64,000 nucleotides of DNA, taken from the NCBI RefSeq assembly GCF_018977255.1, contig NW_024704742.1, positions 40,426,001 through 40,490,000 of the forward strand, given 5' to 3'. The notes under the pieces were generated by a model. The model was not told where the DNA came from, made no database searches, and worked only from the letters and a program-made list of their open reading frames with translations. How positions within the stretch are numbered: the first letter of the stretch is position 1; the number at the start of each line of letters is the position of its first letter. The translations under genes and the position numbers were made by a program. Source of the stretch: Callorhinchus milii (taxonomy: Eukaryota). Below, piece by piece: positions 12,350 through 26,760 of this stretch.

Positions 12350-13035
12350 CAACAACAACAACAACATTCCATTTATAGAGTGCCTTTCACGACGGGAGGA
12401 CGTCCCAAGGCGCTGGGCAGTTGGGTCAGGACCCGAGCAGGGGGGAAATGGTCAGGGTGAGTGGAGGGAAGGGAGGGGGCGAGGAGGGGTAGAGAGTCGA
12501 GAGGGGAGCTGAAGGCACGGTCAAAGAGAAAGGTGTTGAGACCGGCCTTGAAGGAGGAGAGGGAGGAGGCGGCGAAGGCACTGGGGGATAGAGTTCCAGA
12601 GCCTTGGGGCTGAGAGGCTGAAGGCCCGACCACCGATGGTAGGGCGATTGGGGCGGGGGACGTGGAGCAGACCGGAGCCAGAGGAACGGAGGATACGGGC
12701 AGGTAGGTAGGGGGATAGTAGGTCGGAGAGGTAGGAGGGTGCAAGGCCGTGAATGGCCTTGTAAGTGAGGATGAGGATCTTGAATTCGATCCTCTGGGGG
12801 ATGGGGAGCCAGTGGAGGCGAGCGAGGGTGGGAGTGATGTGGTCGCGGTGTCTGGTGCGGGACAGTACACGAGCTGCAGAGTTCTGAATGACCTGCAGCT
12901 TGTGGAGGGAGGTGCCGGGAAGGCCGGCGAGGAGAGAGTTCCCATAGCCTTGAGGTGATAAAGGCGTGGACCAGAGTTTCAGCAGCGTGAGGGGTGAGGT
13001 AGTGCCGTAGTCTGGTGAAGTAATGATAGACACCC
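12350..13035 (-). mobile_element. L2 LINE 3' fragment
   Basis: Encodes AAETLVHAFITSRL / LHKLQVIQNSAARVL...LHWLPIPQRIEFKIL...RAFSLSAPRLWNS with frameshifts; the tail appears as (AAC)n on the + strand. Confidence 0.9.
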
Positions 13036-16000
13036 ATCATAACGAAGTGACTTTTATTCACAGGCAGTCATCAACATTGATTAGTTTTTGTTTTTCTTTT
13101 CTTTACTTCCTTTAAGAATACAAATGAACAAAAATAATTTTGGTGAAGAGATATTCCTCTCTTTCTTATCAATAAAAGTTGATGCAGTCAGACCCTATTA
13201 TAATTTAGTGGTTTGGGTACATAAAATCAGACCTTGGGTTAGAATGAGTCTAGTGATATAAAATGGCTGCTGATCTGAAATTCTAGGTTGTCAGTTCGCT
13301 GTTGATGTCACTTCTATCATTCTGTGCTAACTATCTGACTTTGTGAGTGTGTGTACAGCACACAGGATTTCGGCTTGTGCTGGCAGTCCTTCTATATCTG
13401 TGTGTCATTTCCAGGTAGCCAGGCAGACACTGCCGGAAGCCAGAATTGTTCCACACTCTGGTATTCCAAGGGTCTGTGATGTATTGGCACTATAAACAGA
13501 TCTGCACTGTACTAAAGCATATTGTAACAAGGTCTGACTGTATTCTGTTGATTTATGGTTTGTAAAACACTTTAAAATTAGAAATATTCAGATGCTGGTT
13601 TCTGTTAATTGAAGTAGGTTCTGAAATAAAATATCTAGCCATTTGTCCCTTCTATTTTTAGTGAATTTTGTAGAGTAGGACGTCAATACTGGAAATATAA
13701 ATCTTTTGTTCCCTTGCGGTCAAGTGCAACACAACCAGAAAGCAAAGTGAATCTCCCTTCACTCTTTTTACCATCAGAAGTCGTGCTTTCAGCCACTATG
13801 CTCCGAAACTCTGGAAACCTCTCCCTCAATCCCTCCACCTTGCCCCCTCTCTCCCCTTATTGATCGTGCTTTCAGTTACCTTCCCCCACCCCCCACTCTC
13901 CTCAGTTGCCCCACCCAGATTGGGCTGCCAGTCAGCTGTGTGAGGTGTTTTTCCTGACATGTTGTATCCCACGCAACAGCACTCAAATGTCACATTCTTA
14001 TGTGGGAAAGTGTCTTCTGCACTCAGGCATGGTGTGAGAAGCTAGAAAACCATATCTCTCCGTTCTTATTTTTGTCTGAAATGATCAAAATACTGCGTCA
14101 CTCAATAGGGGCACAACAATATAATTTCAAAACATCTTCCTTTCAGAGCTGTCCAGCACTGATAAGCAGAAGATTTGAATCAGGCTTACACAACTCATCA
14201 TTTGATTATTTAGATCAAGGCCAATTGGGAGTGCCAAAGTTTCTAAAGAAAAGGCTGCTGCTGGACAAAAAGTAATGCTCAATGTCATCAATAACAGAGC
14301 AGAAAACAACTCCTAGTAATGTATCTGTAGAGTCCTATTCACTTGCTCGTACACAATAATACTAAGCAAGATTATCTGTAGATGTGGCATTAGTTAATTA
14401 GTGATGGACAAATCATTGGACTTGTGCTGAATAATACTAAGTGAAAATGACTAATAGCTGGGTAACTGGGTCAAATAGCTATTCCTGTTAATCCAACTGA
14501 ACATTCTCCAAGGTGGTGCCTTGAAAATGATGCAATATTACTGCATTCTGTTGGCTGTATAGCATATGATGTGGGTTGTGCATTGGATATAAGTAAAGGC
14601 CAGAAGGTAATGCCTAATGTAAGAGATATATGGCACATAAGGGTACAGAATACGTACTGCCTAAGGGCAACCTGTGCCCCTTTAAGATCTTTTGTAGCAG
14701 GGCTCAGAAATGTTAGAATTATCATTGAAACTTTCCAAATGTAATTCAACCTAACATTAAGCTAGCCCCTACTATTGAAATCCACATGAAATTATTAATA
14801 TAACTTTGTTCCGTGATCAGAAAGATCTCTTGATGAAGCTCATCAAACTTGTTTACCATCATAGCAAATTATTTGACAATTAATAGCTTTTGTTTTCAAC
14901 AAGAAAACAATAATGTTTGTATTTCTTCTTTACAGTGCAGCAGTTTCAATTTGATGCAGTTTGCTTAGGGTGAAACCAAGGTCCCGTCTGGCTGTTCAGG
15001 TGGACTTTGAAGATCCCATGGCACTGATCAAAAAAGAAGGAAATTTCTTCCAGGGTCCTAACCAACAATCCTCCAGATAAATATTGGTCATTTCACTTCA
15101 TGATAGTTGTGGGATATTTCTATGCAAAAATTGGCTTGTCACATTTGCCTCCAAATATACAGTCAGATCTCAGCAACTTTGTGAATCACTTTAAGAGCTT
15201 CTCAGTACAGTATAATAGGTGCTGTATCGAATGCAAGATTATTATTATTAACTCTCTGCACCCGTCTGAACTAACACAATAAAATGACTTCATGGCATCA
15301 TAAAATCTCAGCTTCACTCAGCAACAATCCCAAGAGTTCTGCTTGAAGCAGATGCAGACATGTTCATTGCATGTGCCACTGCGTCTCCTGCCCTGCAGTA
15401 CATTAACACCTTTTGTTTTAAAGCTTATTTTCCGGGGTTAGCAGTTACCCTGTGCCACTTGACAGAACATGCTGTGGGACTCTGGGGGAAGAAAACCCAC
15501 CGAAGAGTGACTGCACACACCATTACTCACCAAAAGCCCATTGCGCAAGTGGTTTGGCAGATGTGTCTTTACTTGCAAGACGACAGAAGTGCAAATGCAA
15601 TCCCAATCTACTTTAATCACCTACCAAATGCAAATGCACACTCGATCTTACCCACCAGCTTCATTGTCTGGCTACGTACGATCTCACAAAGATGTTAATT
15701 GAGCATTGTCTCAGTGACACCAGGATTTCAAATTCTAAACTTAAGCCAAATTCCCTTCACTTATCAATTTGCAATTCTCTGAATATTTTAATACCCTATT
15801 AAAATAGAAAATGGCATATTCATTTTTGACATTTGATGTATTATAGCAACCTTCTTTGTTCCCCTCTTTTTCATCTCTGTGTCAAAACTGATTAATTCAA
15901 TTCCTATGCTCACACACATATCTCATTTAGTATTTCTAATCAGTTTACCCTTGTCTCTTTTTTAAATCATCATATAATGAATATGTAATTTCGCTTTGCT

Positions 16001-16497
16001 GGTTCTCTGAGTTATCATTCTGGTGCGTATGTGTGCATTCATTTCCATAAATTGTCCTTCTGTTCTTCATTTAACCTAAACTTAATACGAGTTCCCTCTG
16101 CTCTGAGGAAAGGTTCCCCCATGTGTAATCTGGCGCTATGATCTAAATAAGATCAGCTATGTTCAATAGCTGCCCTATTAAATAGTCAAGATGAGTGTGA
16201 GCTATCTGGGAGGGGAAGATCAACACTGATCAGGAATTTTTAATTCAAATGAAATAAAAATTAAACATTTTGGTGATACATTATATTTGTAAAGTACGTG
16301 AAAATATGTAAATGCAAGGATTGAACACAAAGAATTCCAATGAAATGCCAATTTTTCAAGCAATTTCCAAAACAAAAATGTGATTTAGTTGATTTTATTT
16401 ACAGCAACTTGCACTCATATAACCCTTTTCAGGCAAAAGAATATCTCAAAGTATTTGATAAATCTAGTGCTCACCGATATCAATATTATAAATGTTG

Positions 16498-16818
16498 ATA
16501 ATAATAATAATCCTTGGATTTGATACAGCGCTTTTCACGTCTTCTCAACGTCTCAAAGCACTTCACAGAATATACTGTAAAGTGAATTGACTGTATATTT
16601 GTGGGCGAACGCGGCAGCCAATTGCGCACAGCAATGTCCCACAAACAGTCGTGGATTGAAAATGACCAATTTATTATTGTTTTTTTCGTTTTTGGAGGGA
16701 TTATTATTAGGCTGTGTGTGGAGTAAGGAAACTTGCCCAAGGTTTCGCCCTGCCTGGAATTGAACTCAGGTCTCTTGCTTGCAAAGCGAGTGCTCTAACC
16801 ACTGAGCTACAGGACTCC
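16498..16818 (-). mobile_element. Full-length tRNA-Ala-derived SINE
   Basis: Near-identical reverse complement of 6186-6509. Confidence 0.9.
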
Positions 16819-19800
16819 ATGATCAAAGGCATGAAGAGATATTTTGGCACGACAAGGAGAGAGGTGGCAAAGCAAAGTGGTTTTGGAAGAGTTGCAGAGA
16901 ATAGGGGCTGAGTGACGACTAAAGGCTCAGTCGCTTTTAAAGTAGTGAAGAAAGTTGGGAGCAAGCAATAGACCAGTGTTACAATAATGGAAGACGTGGG
17001 CTAGAATTTAGAGCTGGAGGAGGTGCCATACTTTGGTGAAGTGAGGCCCTCAATGATCCACCATTCACAATAGTCTTAATAAGAATAATCAAAATACTCA
17101 AAATAGGAATAATCAAAAAAAATCTTGTTTCACTTTTAATCTTATTTTTGGCCATAAACCCTGTTACAATGTTTCAGTGCATAAACCTTCTGGTGAAACT
17201 ATCAGCACTGACAATCAGTTCCTAAATGATCAAATATTACTGCAGCATCAACAAAATGTCCACATACAGCCTTATGACGTGAATCTAAGAGCCCTTGACA
17301 TTTGTAAATTTTGTGCAATTTATCATATTAATAGCCAAACTTATTTAATTACAGGAATAGCACAGCACTAGAAGCTAATAGAAAAATCTGGAGCTGAGAT
17401 TTACTGCAATTCATTTCTTTCACAAAGCTTTAGTGATGTATTGCTTCATACGGAGGCTTCATCCATATCACTTTGGATTTCATTAACCTCAGCACCATAT
17501 CAGAGAAAATGAAGGTAAACATATTGCAGTATTCCTAGAATAGAATCTGTCTGGAATTTTTGCATTCTTACTCATGTACTGTTAGACACTATTACCATCC
17601 CACATACAGCATTCGCCATGGAGTGGGACTGCTGGAATACATTCATTCCACTCAACTAAATAAATCATATTTACAAACTTTATATTGACTCTTCCAGTTT
17701 TGTGAACAAGGCATAATGGCATAATGGTGCTAATGCACAGACTTTCCTTTTGGCATTTAATGCAGTCATATAAAGTTAACTATTGTTTTTTACATTGCTT
17801 CCATGCCCCGCCATGCATTATGTGCTATGACTTCCATGAACAATAACTACTTGCATTTATATAGTGCCTTTCACATAAAAAAGCCTCAAAGCACTCGATA
17901 AATATATTGAGACCAAAGCAACAAAACAAGAAATATATACAGTTTACCAAATGCACAATCAAAGACAGCAAAGCAACATCGTTTTGGAGGTGCATTCCAG
18001 AGGGGAGGGGCATAGTGGTTGAATGTTCAGCCACTGATGGTGGAGTGAATGGAACAAGGAGTGAGCAAAAGGCCAGAGTCAGAAGAATAAAACGTATGAC
18101 CTGGAATCTTGAGCTAAAGATTACATACGCAGTGAGGGATGGGGCTGTGGAAATATTTGAAGGTCAGCGCTCAATTTCCTAAGGTGTGTTTGGGGGTAAC
18201 AAATATGTTGAGAATTATGTGGATCCCACATCTGTGAATGATACATGTTATGTTCTTCATATTAAAAAAATCACTTATTTATTGATAAATGCCATTTCTC
18301 TTCTCTATAGAAAATGCATAATCCTTATTGGAGTTAAAAAAGTGTTCTGACAAGTGCCTTGAGGATTTCAGACACCAACAGTAGAAGGATAATGCATGTG
18401 TTGTTTTTCTTCTCAGCAATACTTTCTTCTCTTCTCAATTTCTTTAACTGGGTTGCAGTTCCACATGTGTTAGGCACTCTCCAGTATTTCACTCAGGAGG
18501 CCATTATTCATGTATGAGTCTTGACAGTATTTACAGGCTATTTGACTTTAGGTAAATTGACGTCTCAAAGACATGATAAAGTGCTATATCAAATGCTAGG
18601 ATTATTATTAGTATTATATTATTAAAATTGTATCCAACTCCTGTCCAGTCCTGTCCAGTTAGGATTGTCTTACCCATAATGGATTTGGTTTGGACAGTTG
18701 AAGACATGGATCTGTGTCTTCTCGGAGGTATTTCAATATAAGGGAAGCCCAAATTACTTACCCCTTATTCCCAAGGATATATTTCTTTGCAACTTTTAAA
18801 GGGTGAAGCATTGGCTGAGTGGACCAATAGCATTCAAACTCAGATCTCAGAACTTTCTGTTCCCATGTTTGGTGCTCAAGTATCTAAGATGCTGCAATAA
18901 CTTCTAACTTCTAAAAGTCTAGTTTAACAACACATATGCAAATGGTATCACTGTTTCACACTCAAAATATACAGTCAATTCACTTTACAGTATATTCTGT
19001 GAAGTGCTTTGAGATGCCTCGAAGACATAATTAGGAAAACTCTTAAATTCATAGAATTACAAACAGCATAACATAGAGAAAGACCATTCAGCACAACTGG
19101 TCCATGCCAGTATTTATATTCCATATGAACCTCTACCCTTCCTAATCCCTTATCCCATACCCCACTATTGCCTTCTTTCTCAATCAATTCAATCTTAATT
19201 GTGAATTCTTGACACTTAATTGAAGAATTTTCTGAAATCCTGTGTAAGCTTAAATGTTAAGGCAATGGCTTTAAGGCTAAGATCATGAGAAATATTTGGG
19301 TTATTTCCACATGGTGGTGGGGAGCGGGTGGGGGCTGGTTGGGAGGGAGGAAAGCAGATGGGAGGTTTAGTCTAAAATCCGATACTTAAAATTAATTTGT
19401 TTTATTCACTTCAACTTCAAGTTTGTGAGTATCAGATTGTGAAATCATGGTTGCAAATTGTGAATCCCAAATCAGCTAAGAGTGAATAAGAGTCAGCAAT
19501 ACAAAACAATGCACAATTACTGTTTCCTTGTACAAGTCACATTTCTTGGTATCATGAACAAATGTTAAAGAACAAGAACTTCCATATAATTTATGAATAA
19601 TATGAACAGGAATGGATCCAGAACACATCCATGTGGAATTCCACTTGTAACTACCCTCCAGACAGTAACTTTTTCATGTATCATTACATCCTACTTTCGA
19701 CTGTCAAGGCAATTTTTAATCTAGCTAGTTCATTTACTAGTAACTCAATGAGCCGGGAAGGATCCTTAAAAGCCTTTTGAGAAAATCATTGTCAAATGCT

Positions 19801-22800
19801 GACTGTTCCTTATTGTTTTGAAGTTTCTTAGATGAATATTGATAACATCCTATAGAATGCGCTTGAACCTTTTCCTAGCTATTGATTAACAAGCTGAAAT
19901 GCTGCAGAGCATTTCTTCTGCCACTGCTATTAGCTAGCGGTTCTCTAATTCCTTGATTTATACCTCACATCGTATTTGAATACAGTATCAACAAATTCAT
20001 GACCTGGCATAGAATTCAATTCTGGCTGTTTCAAGGATGAGATGAAACTTGCAGTTATTACCCCTGGAAATGCGATTCGCCAAACGACTAACGATCAGGT
20101 TGCTACTTACTGATAGGTAAATAAATGTGTGGAGTAAGGATACTTGACTAAAATTTTGCCCTGCCCGGGAATCAAACTCAAGTCCTCTCGCTTATGAGAT
20201 GAGTGCTCCATCCAATACGCTACAGGACTCCAAGAATGGAATTTTATGCCTCAGGAATCTGTATGGTTCTCCTATGCAAAGTAGAGCAAAAGGATCGGAA
20301 GTTATAGAACAGTAGTTATCTTTGAGATTTACGATCAAAAACCTGACCCATCTAAAGGAAACATTTAAACAGTCATTCCATGAACTTTAGCTCCAAGTAC
20401 CACTCCGAGGTGAGTGCTTTAATGAATACGTGACAGGACTCCACAAATCATAACTCAAACAGCATAGGTAAATTGTGGAGCAGTTGCAAAAGAACAGCCT
20501 CGGTGCTTAGCAATCCTCCCTCGCCTCAGCTTCCATGCACCACAGGCATCTTTTTCATGTTCATATATTTTAACGCAGCCACCTTGGATTTTTGGATCAC
20601 AAATCAGACTTTGATCATGAATCCTAGAAGCAACACTTGAGTTCTGCTTCGCAAGATACTACCTTAATTAAGTTGTTATCCTGCTTTTAGCTGCACTCAA
20701 ACAACAATTTCCATGATTGGGAGCAACAACATACAAAGAAATCCTCAGGGTGCAACCATTTTGCTGAGCTGTTTTCTGTGATAGAGTTTGGGATTTGAAA
20801 CACCCCAAGGTAGAAGCCAACTGTCGGCTTCAGAGCAGGAAGATATGGGGAGAAAGTTAGAACAGAAAAATCAACTGAAAAAAAGATGTCTTTATTTAAA
20901 AATGGATTTGATGAATAGAAATTTACTTACATTGAAAGTAGTTATTCTAGAATGGGCCTCCAATGAAGCCACAATGTTGGCCTAAAAAAAGAATATAGTA
21001 GTACTCAACCCACGACTGTTTGTGGGTCACTCATTTAGTTCCTGCTTTCGATCTCCTTGCTTCCCCCACTGCCCTCCAACCTCCCTGACCCCAACCCCCA
21101 GCTCGGGTCTGTAACTCTGTCTGTCCAGCACCTTGGGATGTCCTCCCAACGTGAAAGGCGCTTTACAAATGTAATTTTTTTTGTTGTCAGTTCCAGTATT
21201 CAATATTGGCTTGTTGAATTTTAAGGCCTCCTTCTGTGATAGTGGTTTGGATCTGTTTTGAACAGTGGTCCAGTTTTATTTTCTCTACTTGGGGTGTCTC
21301 CTAAAACTCTGTTGACTATTGGGCTGAGCTCATAAGAAAGTAATATCAGTGAGCTAGGCATCTTACCCAAATCTAGATACTAATTACATAGCAGCAGAGA
21401 CTGACCCATAAAAAGTGGTCACTTGCTGTTTTCTTCTTAGAGATATTGTGTGTGGCATAAAGAATGAGTGCCATTGTCTCATTGATTTAATTTTTGTGAT
21501 GATGTAATTTGTGGTGTGTTTGTTTTTAACCTGACCTGTGTGCCTACTCCCCCTTCACTTTGTCCGCTCTGACAACTCATCTGCTTCACCATCTTTTGGA
21601 GACGTTAAACTGAGGTCTCTTCTGCCTGTTCAGGTGGATGTTAAAGATCCCAAGACACTATTCAAAAAGAGAAGGGAGATTCTCTTCCCGATGTCCTGAC
21701 CACCAATTCCACAAATAAAATTTGTCATCACTCCATGGTTGTTTGTGGGACATTGCTGCGTGGCACCGGCTGCCACATTTCGCCCACAGTCACTCCATTT
21801 TACAGCATATTCTGTGAAGTGCTTTATGACATCTCAACAATGTGATAAGGTGCTATACCAAATGCAAGGACTATATTATTATATTCCCCACCCCCTCCTC
21901 ACAGCCACTGGAACTCTTTTCATGGAAGGCTCCCTTTCTGCTTTCAAAACACATCTAAAAAGCTACCAGTTTGAATATGCCTTTAGCCCCCTCCCTCCCT
22001 TCCATCCCAACCACCCCCACTTCTTTTCTACCACCCTCAGGCTCCCATTCTGTCTCAGTCAAGTACTTTGAAACATTTCCCTTCACGAAAGACACTAAAT
22101 TTGTAAAGCACTCCAAGGCATTATCCTATGTGAAGGGTACTATACAAATGTAAACTGTTATTGTTGTAAATATGTGCAAGTTGTTGTTGGCTTTTGCGGA
22201 AGGGCTTTGAGTTCCTTAGCCGGAAAGAGTAGGATACATAAGTCTCTTTTTCGTCTTCCACAAGACATGCTGTAAATGATTATTAGTTCATTGTCATTTG
22301 CAAATTAGCTATCGCATTTGCCTACGAAATACATTGGTACAGCACTTTACAGTATGTCCTATGAACAGCTTTGAAACATCCTCCTGATGTGAAAGATCAA
22401 ATGCAAGAAGCAAGGATTTTAACTTACTTTAATGCTGTATCATGGAATTCCTTAACTCAATGATTAGTTCAATCTTTCTGTTTTCTGGAGTCATCTAGTT
22501 AATGTGTTAGAAATGTTGACTGGTCTTTAGACACTCCCTCTGCTTTCCATACTTCGCCTCTCAATTATTTGAACTTTTAATAATAATTGATTTCCAATTG
22601 ATATAGCCCTTATTATGCTAAAACATCTCAAAGGTCTTTAATGTAACGTCCCAGATGTGGAATGTGAATCCACAACCATCTGACTGAGAGAGAAGAGTGC
22701 TATTAACTAAGCCGGACTGAAACCATTAAAGGTATTATAGGCTAATTTGTAAGAAGTAGTTGCTTGCAGCTCTGAAAATGTCATGATCAGTCTTACTGGT

Positions 22801-23599
22801 GGCACAGTCAAGGACCAAAGAGGGTAGTTTTCAGAATGTATCCCTAGTTCTGGAGGTTGAGGACTGCACTGCTCAGTGATTTATTCTTGTTTGGTATAAT
22901 ACTTGACAGAACCAAAGCTCATTTGGAGAACTGTAAAAGTGAATCTTGCTGTAAAAATGTTATACTTCTCCAGAAGTCACTAATTAAAACTATTTTTAAT
23001 ATTTAAATGATAATTTTCACCCTCCGTCAAGGTTTAGCGTTTACCAAGTTTGTGAATTGTGTCATGTTCTTGCAATCATCATTTCCTGCTATTTTTAAAT
23101 GTGTAATATTAATCTTCTTTTAGAATGCCAGTGTTCATTGCAACTAGTCTCTTGAGAGAGCAGGCATGCCTCTCTGTATGTTTTATTTTCAGGGTCCGTG
23201 AGTATTTGGTAAAACATAAACACACTCAGTGACAACTTAAAAAACACAAACAGTTTGGGTTTGATGTCCAAAGAGACTGTTCTGCTAAAACTGACATTAT
23301 GAAGTGCAAGCACTCCAAGGGAATTCACTCCAATTGGGTGATGTTATTCCAGCACATCTGCTTCACTGTTTGTTTAAGGAAATAGATAGCCAACAGAGCT
23401 TCACAGAAAACACATGTAAATGTCTTTCCCCCCTTCCTGGTATTTGTTCCAGGTGCTATTTGCCCGCTGAGTGAAGAAATACATCCTGGTGTCTGTTCTG
23501 AAATTACTCTTTGCAACCTTGAACCCATACCCTCTTATTCTTCTGCCTTGGTGTATGTGAAAGCATTATTCTGGGTTTACAACAACAAACAACACAAAG

Positions 23600-23910
23600 T
23601 GCATTCATATAATGCCTTTCATATCTGGAGGATGTCCTAAGACTCTGGACAGTTGAGGATTTAAACCAGAGTTGGGGATTGGGTTTGGGAGGGGTGGGGG
23701 GCCAAGGAGGTGGGGGCTAAAGACGACTACGGTCAAAGGCTTTGAGATGGACTTTGAAGGAATTGAGGAAAGGGGTGAGATGAAAGGTTTCCAGGATGGA
23801 GTTTCAGAGAGTGGAGGCAGATAGGCTGAAGGCCTGACTGCTGATGGTGGGGCGAGAAGGGCAGGAGCTGCCAGCAGACCAGTGACTGCCAAGTAGATGG
23901 AACGGGCAGG
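23600..23910 (-). mobile_element. Degraded L2 3' fragment
   Basis: Reverse-strand L2 tail and stem-loop with remnant ORF2 similarity. Confidence 0.65.
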
Positions 23911-24639
23911 TTAGTAGTGTCACTGAACTATGATAGGCAAGCCTGTTTACTGTCTCAATATCATTTAGAATAATATATGCATCTATAAGGTCTGCTGTGT
24001 CTCCTTTTCAAAGCTGAAGAGCCCTATCCTATCTTATCCTTGCTTACAGTCATTCTTCTGACACTGGGGATCATCCTCATTGCCCTCATCTTCACTGTCC
24101 CTCAGGCCTTTAAACCCCCTTATGTCACTGAAACCAGAACTATATCCAGTGCTTCAATGTGGTCTGCACATCTTGACAATGACTTCTGGGTAGCTGAACT
24201 GGGCTGATTCGATATTATAGCCTAGCAATCAATTGTTTCTTGTTTAATGCTATCTCATACTGTCTTAGCATCAAGATGTCCAAACATCTGCCTGAGCATA
24301 AAAGGATGTTCATCTTTTAGGAATCTTTGTTAGGAATCTCAAAGGAAATGAAGCCATTCATGGCAGCATCTTAGACTTCTGATACCAGTACTTCCAAAGC
24401 AGCATTGATGAGAAAGATATCTGCTTTGCCAAGGTCTCAACTGCTTAGAACCATTACATTAGTCTAACTGGAGAATGGGATAGGAGAACAACAACAAATT
24501 GCATATCTGTAGCACCTTTCATGTTGGGAGGACATCCCAAGGAGTGATTGCAGACCTCCACACTACACAGATTGCATTATTGTTAAAAGCAACTTACAGA
24601 TAAACAGCTTAAAAATTAAGGCTGTATTTAAGAATTTCC

Positions 24640-24790
24640 CAAATTCGTATGCTCTGAAATGTAACATGATTGGGTCAATGTAGACCCCACATATTTTATG
24701 TTTCACTAATCTCTTGTGACACATCACTTCAAACAGCATCTGTAAATCTAAATATGCAATATTGATTGCATGTATTTTGTTCAAGGGTCA
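24640..24790 (-). mobile_element. Degraded CR1 reverse-transcriptase fragment
   Basis: IAYLDLQMLFEVMCHKRLV resembles the CR1 RT motif YLDFQKAFDKVPHxRL. Confidence 0.5.
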
Positions 24791-25121
24791 TCTTGCCAGA
24801 TCAGCCTGCTTTCACATCTTGTTCTTGTATTATGTAGGGCTAAGTCAGCTCAATATATATTTTTATATTTTAGAAGTTATTCTAATATATTGGTGTGTTT
24901 GTGTGGTTTAAACAGAAGTATGCAATAGGCCATCTGAATGAAAGTCGATACACCCATATTAATGCCACAAGAACAACTAGGAACATTAACACAAACAAGA
25001 TGTAAAGAGATATCAAACCATTTTTAAATTTCTTAAAAAATACAATTATAACAATATTCCTTGCATTTGATATAGCGCAATTAAACTTACATTTTCTTAA
25101 TGTGATGTGTCAATTTGTGTA

Positions 25122-25540
25122 TCAGCTTGGCTCAAGAGGTAGCACTCTTGCCTCTGAGTTAGAAGGTTGTGAGTTCCAGGCCCACATCAGAACACTGAAC
25201 TCACATAATTTAGCTGAACCTCCAGTGCAGTGCTGGAGGTGTGTTGCATTATTGCATATGTCACGCTTCAGATGAGACACTAAAATGACTGTCTACTTGT
25301 TCAGGTGGACATTAAAGATCCCATGGCATTCAAAATGAGAAGGGGGTTTCTCAGTGTCCTGGCAAGGATACCCTGGATAAAATTGGTCACTCACTTTGTG
25401 ACTGTTTGTGGGACAATGCTGTGCCCAAATTGTCTGCTGTGTTTGTTAACAAAATACACAGTCATCACACTACACTTTACAGTAAATCCCATGAAGTGCC
25501 TAATGTGAAAGCCAGTACATCAAATACAAGGATTATTATA
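25122..25540 (+). mobile_element. Deu-domain-type SINE, near full length
   Basis: Head CAGCTTGGCTCAAGAGGTAGCACTCTTGCCTCTGAG, core TTCAGGTGGACATTAAAGATCCCATGGCA, and a shared SINE 3' tail. Confidence 0.7.
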
Positions 25541-26539
25541 CATCAAATGTGTTGTTTCTCTAGTTTACGCAGACATTGAAAAGGCCTTGTTCAGCTTTCT
25601 GATTAAGATGAAGAGAACCTCTTGTATGCCAGGCTGTGAATGGCTACTCAGCTTATCACTTGCTGGACTCGAGGACAGATGTGTGCCTCCCTCGAATATC
25701 CAGGTGCAAGTTAACTGGATCAAAAAAAGAAGGTAACCCTGCTTTAACTCTTTCAATGCTCATCTACTGGCGTTTCTATTTTACAGAGAATGGAGCCATA
25801 AATTCACGAGGTATAATTCCACACAAGGAAATTACATGTAAGCAGTGATAGAGGTCAGTAAATAACATTGTCCACAGAGGATACTCATCTCAACAAAATA
25901 ATTCATACAAACAAGGGAAAAATAGCTCACCAAAAATCCATTAAACATAGAGGAGAAAATTGTGATTTTTCTTACCCTGTTGGATGGGTTAATTAGCACA
26001 TTGGCAAATCTAGTAATTTTCTAGTTAATGCAGGCATAAAAAGGACACACAAGGTACAGTGCAAACCAAAACAATAGCCTTTTGTTTTATTTTAGGATAT
26101 CATATGCTTATATTATTTCCTAGCTGACAGGAATAAGAACCATCTGAAACCAGATGTCTGAGAGGAACTATAAACCATCTAGTGACATAAAAAAGATGAT
26201 TTAAATGTTTGAAATTTATATTGAATATTGGAGCTGCAAATTCATATAAGTAATGTCACTTATTAATAAATCGAATGATGCTGGACTTGGGATCCTGATT
26301 TATTAGCCTCCATTTATGTAGATTAATTGGAATTCTATTTCAACAAGCCTTTTAACAGCTGTGATAAGTTCAATAACAGGAATTCATATTGAATTAATGT
26401 ACTAGTCAATCAGTTTCCTGAAAGTTAAATAGAATATAAACAACTTACTAACGTTCACTCAAAGCAATCCAACATTAACAGTGCATTTGCTTCAAATCAA
26501 AAGAAATTTGAAATACAGACCCATAATACATAATAGCTC

Positions 26540-26760
26540 CAGTGGGTTCTGCCCTGCCCACAGCACAGAGACAACCCTCGCCAAAGTAACCAACAATGTC
26601 CTCTCACTCTATGGCCAAGGCTCTATCTGCTTCCTTGTCCTCCTAGATCTCTGTGTGCTTTCGGCACCGTCGACCTTTCCATTCTCCTCAACTCTCTTTT
26701 CCCTCTTCTATCTCTGTGGCACTGCACTCTCCTGCTTCCTATCCTACCCGACCCACTGAC
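26540..26760 (+). mobile_element. Degraded L2 reverse-transcriptase fragment
   Basis: SGFCPAHSTETTLAKVTNN...LVLLDL resembles L2 RT QSGFRxxHSTETALxKV...LLDLSAAFD. Confidence 0.75.
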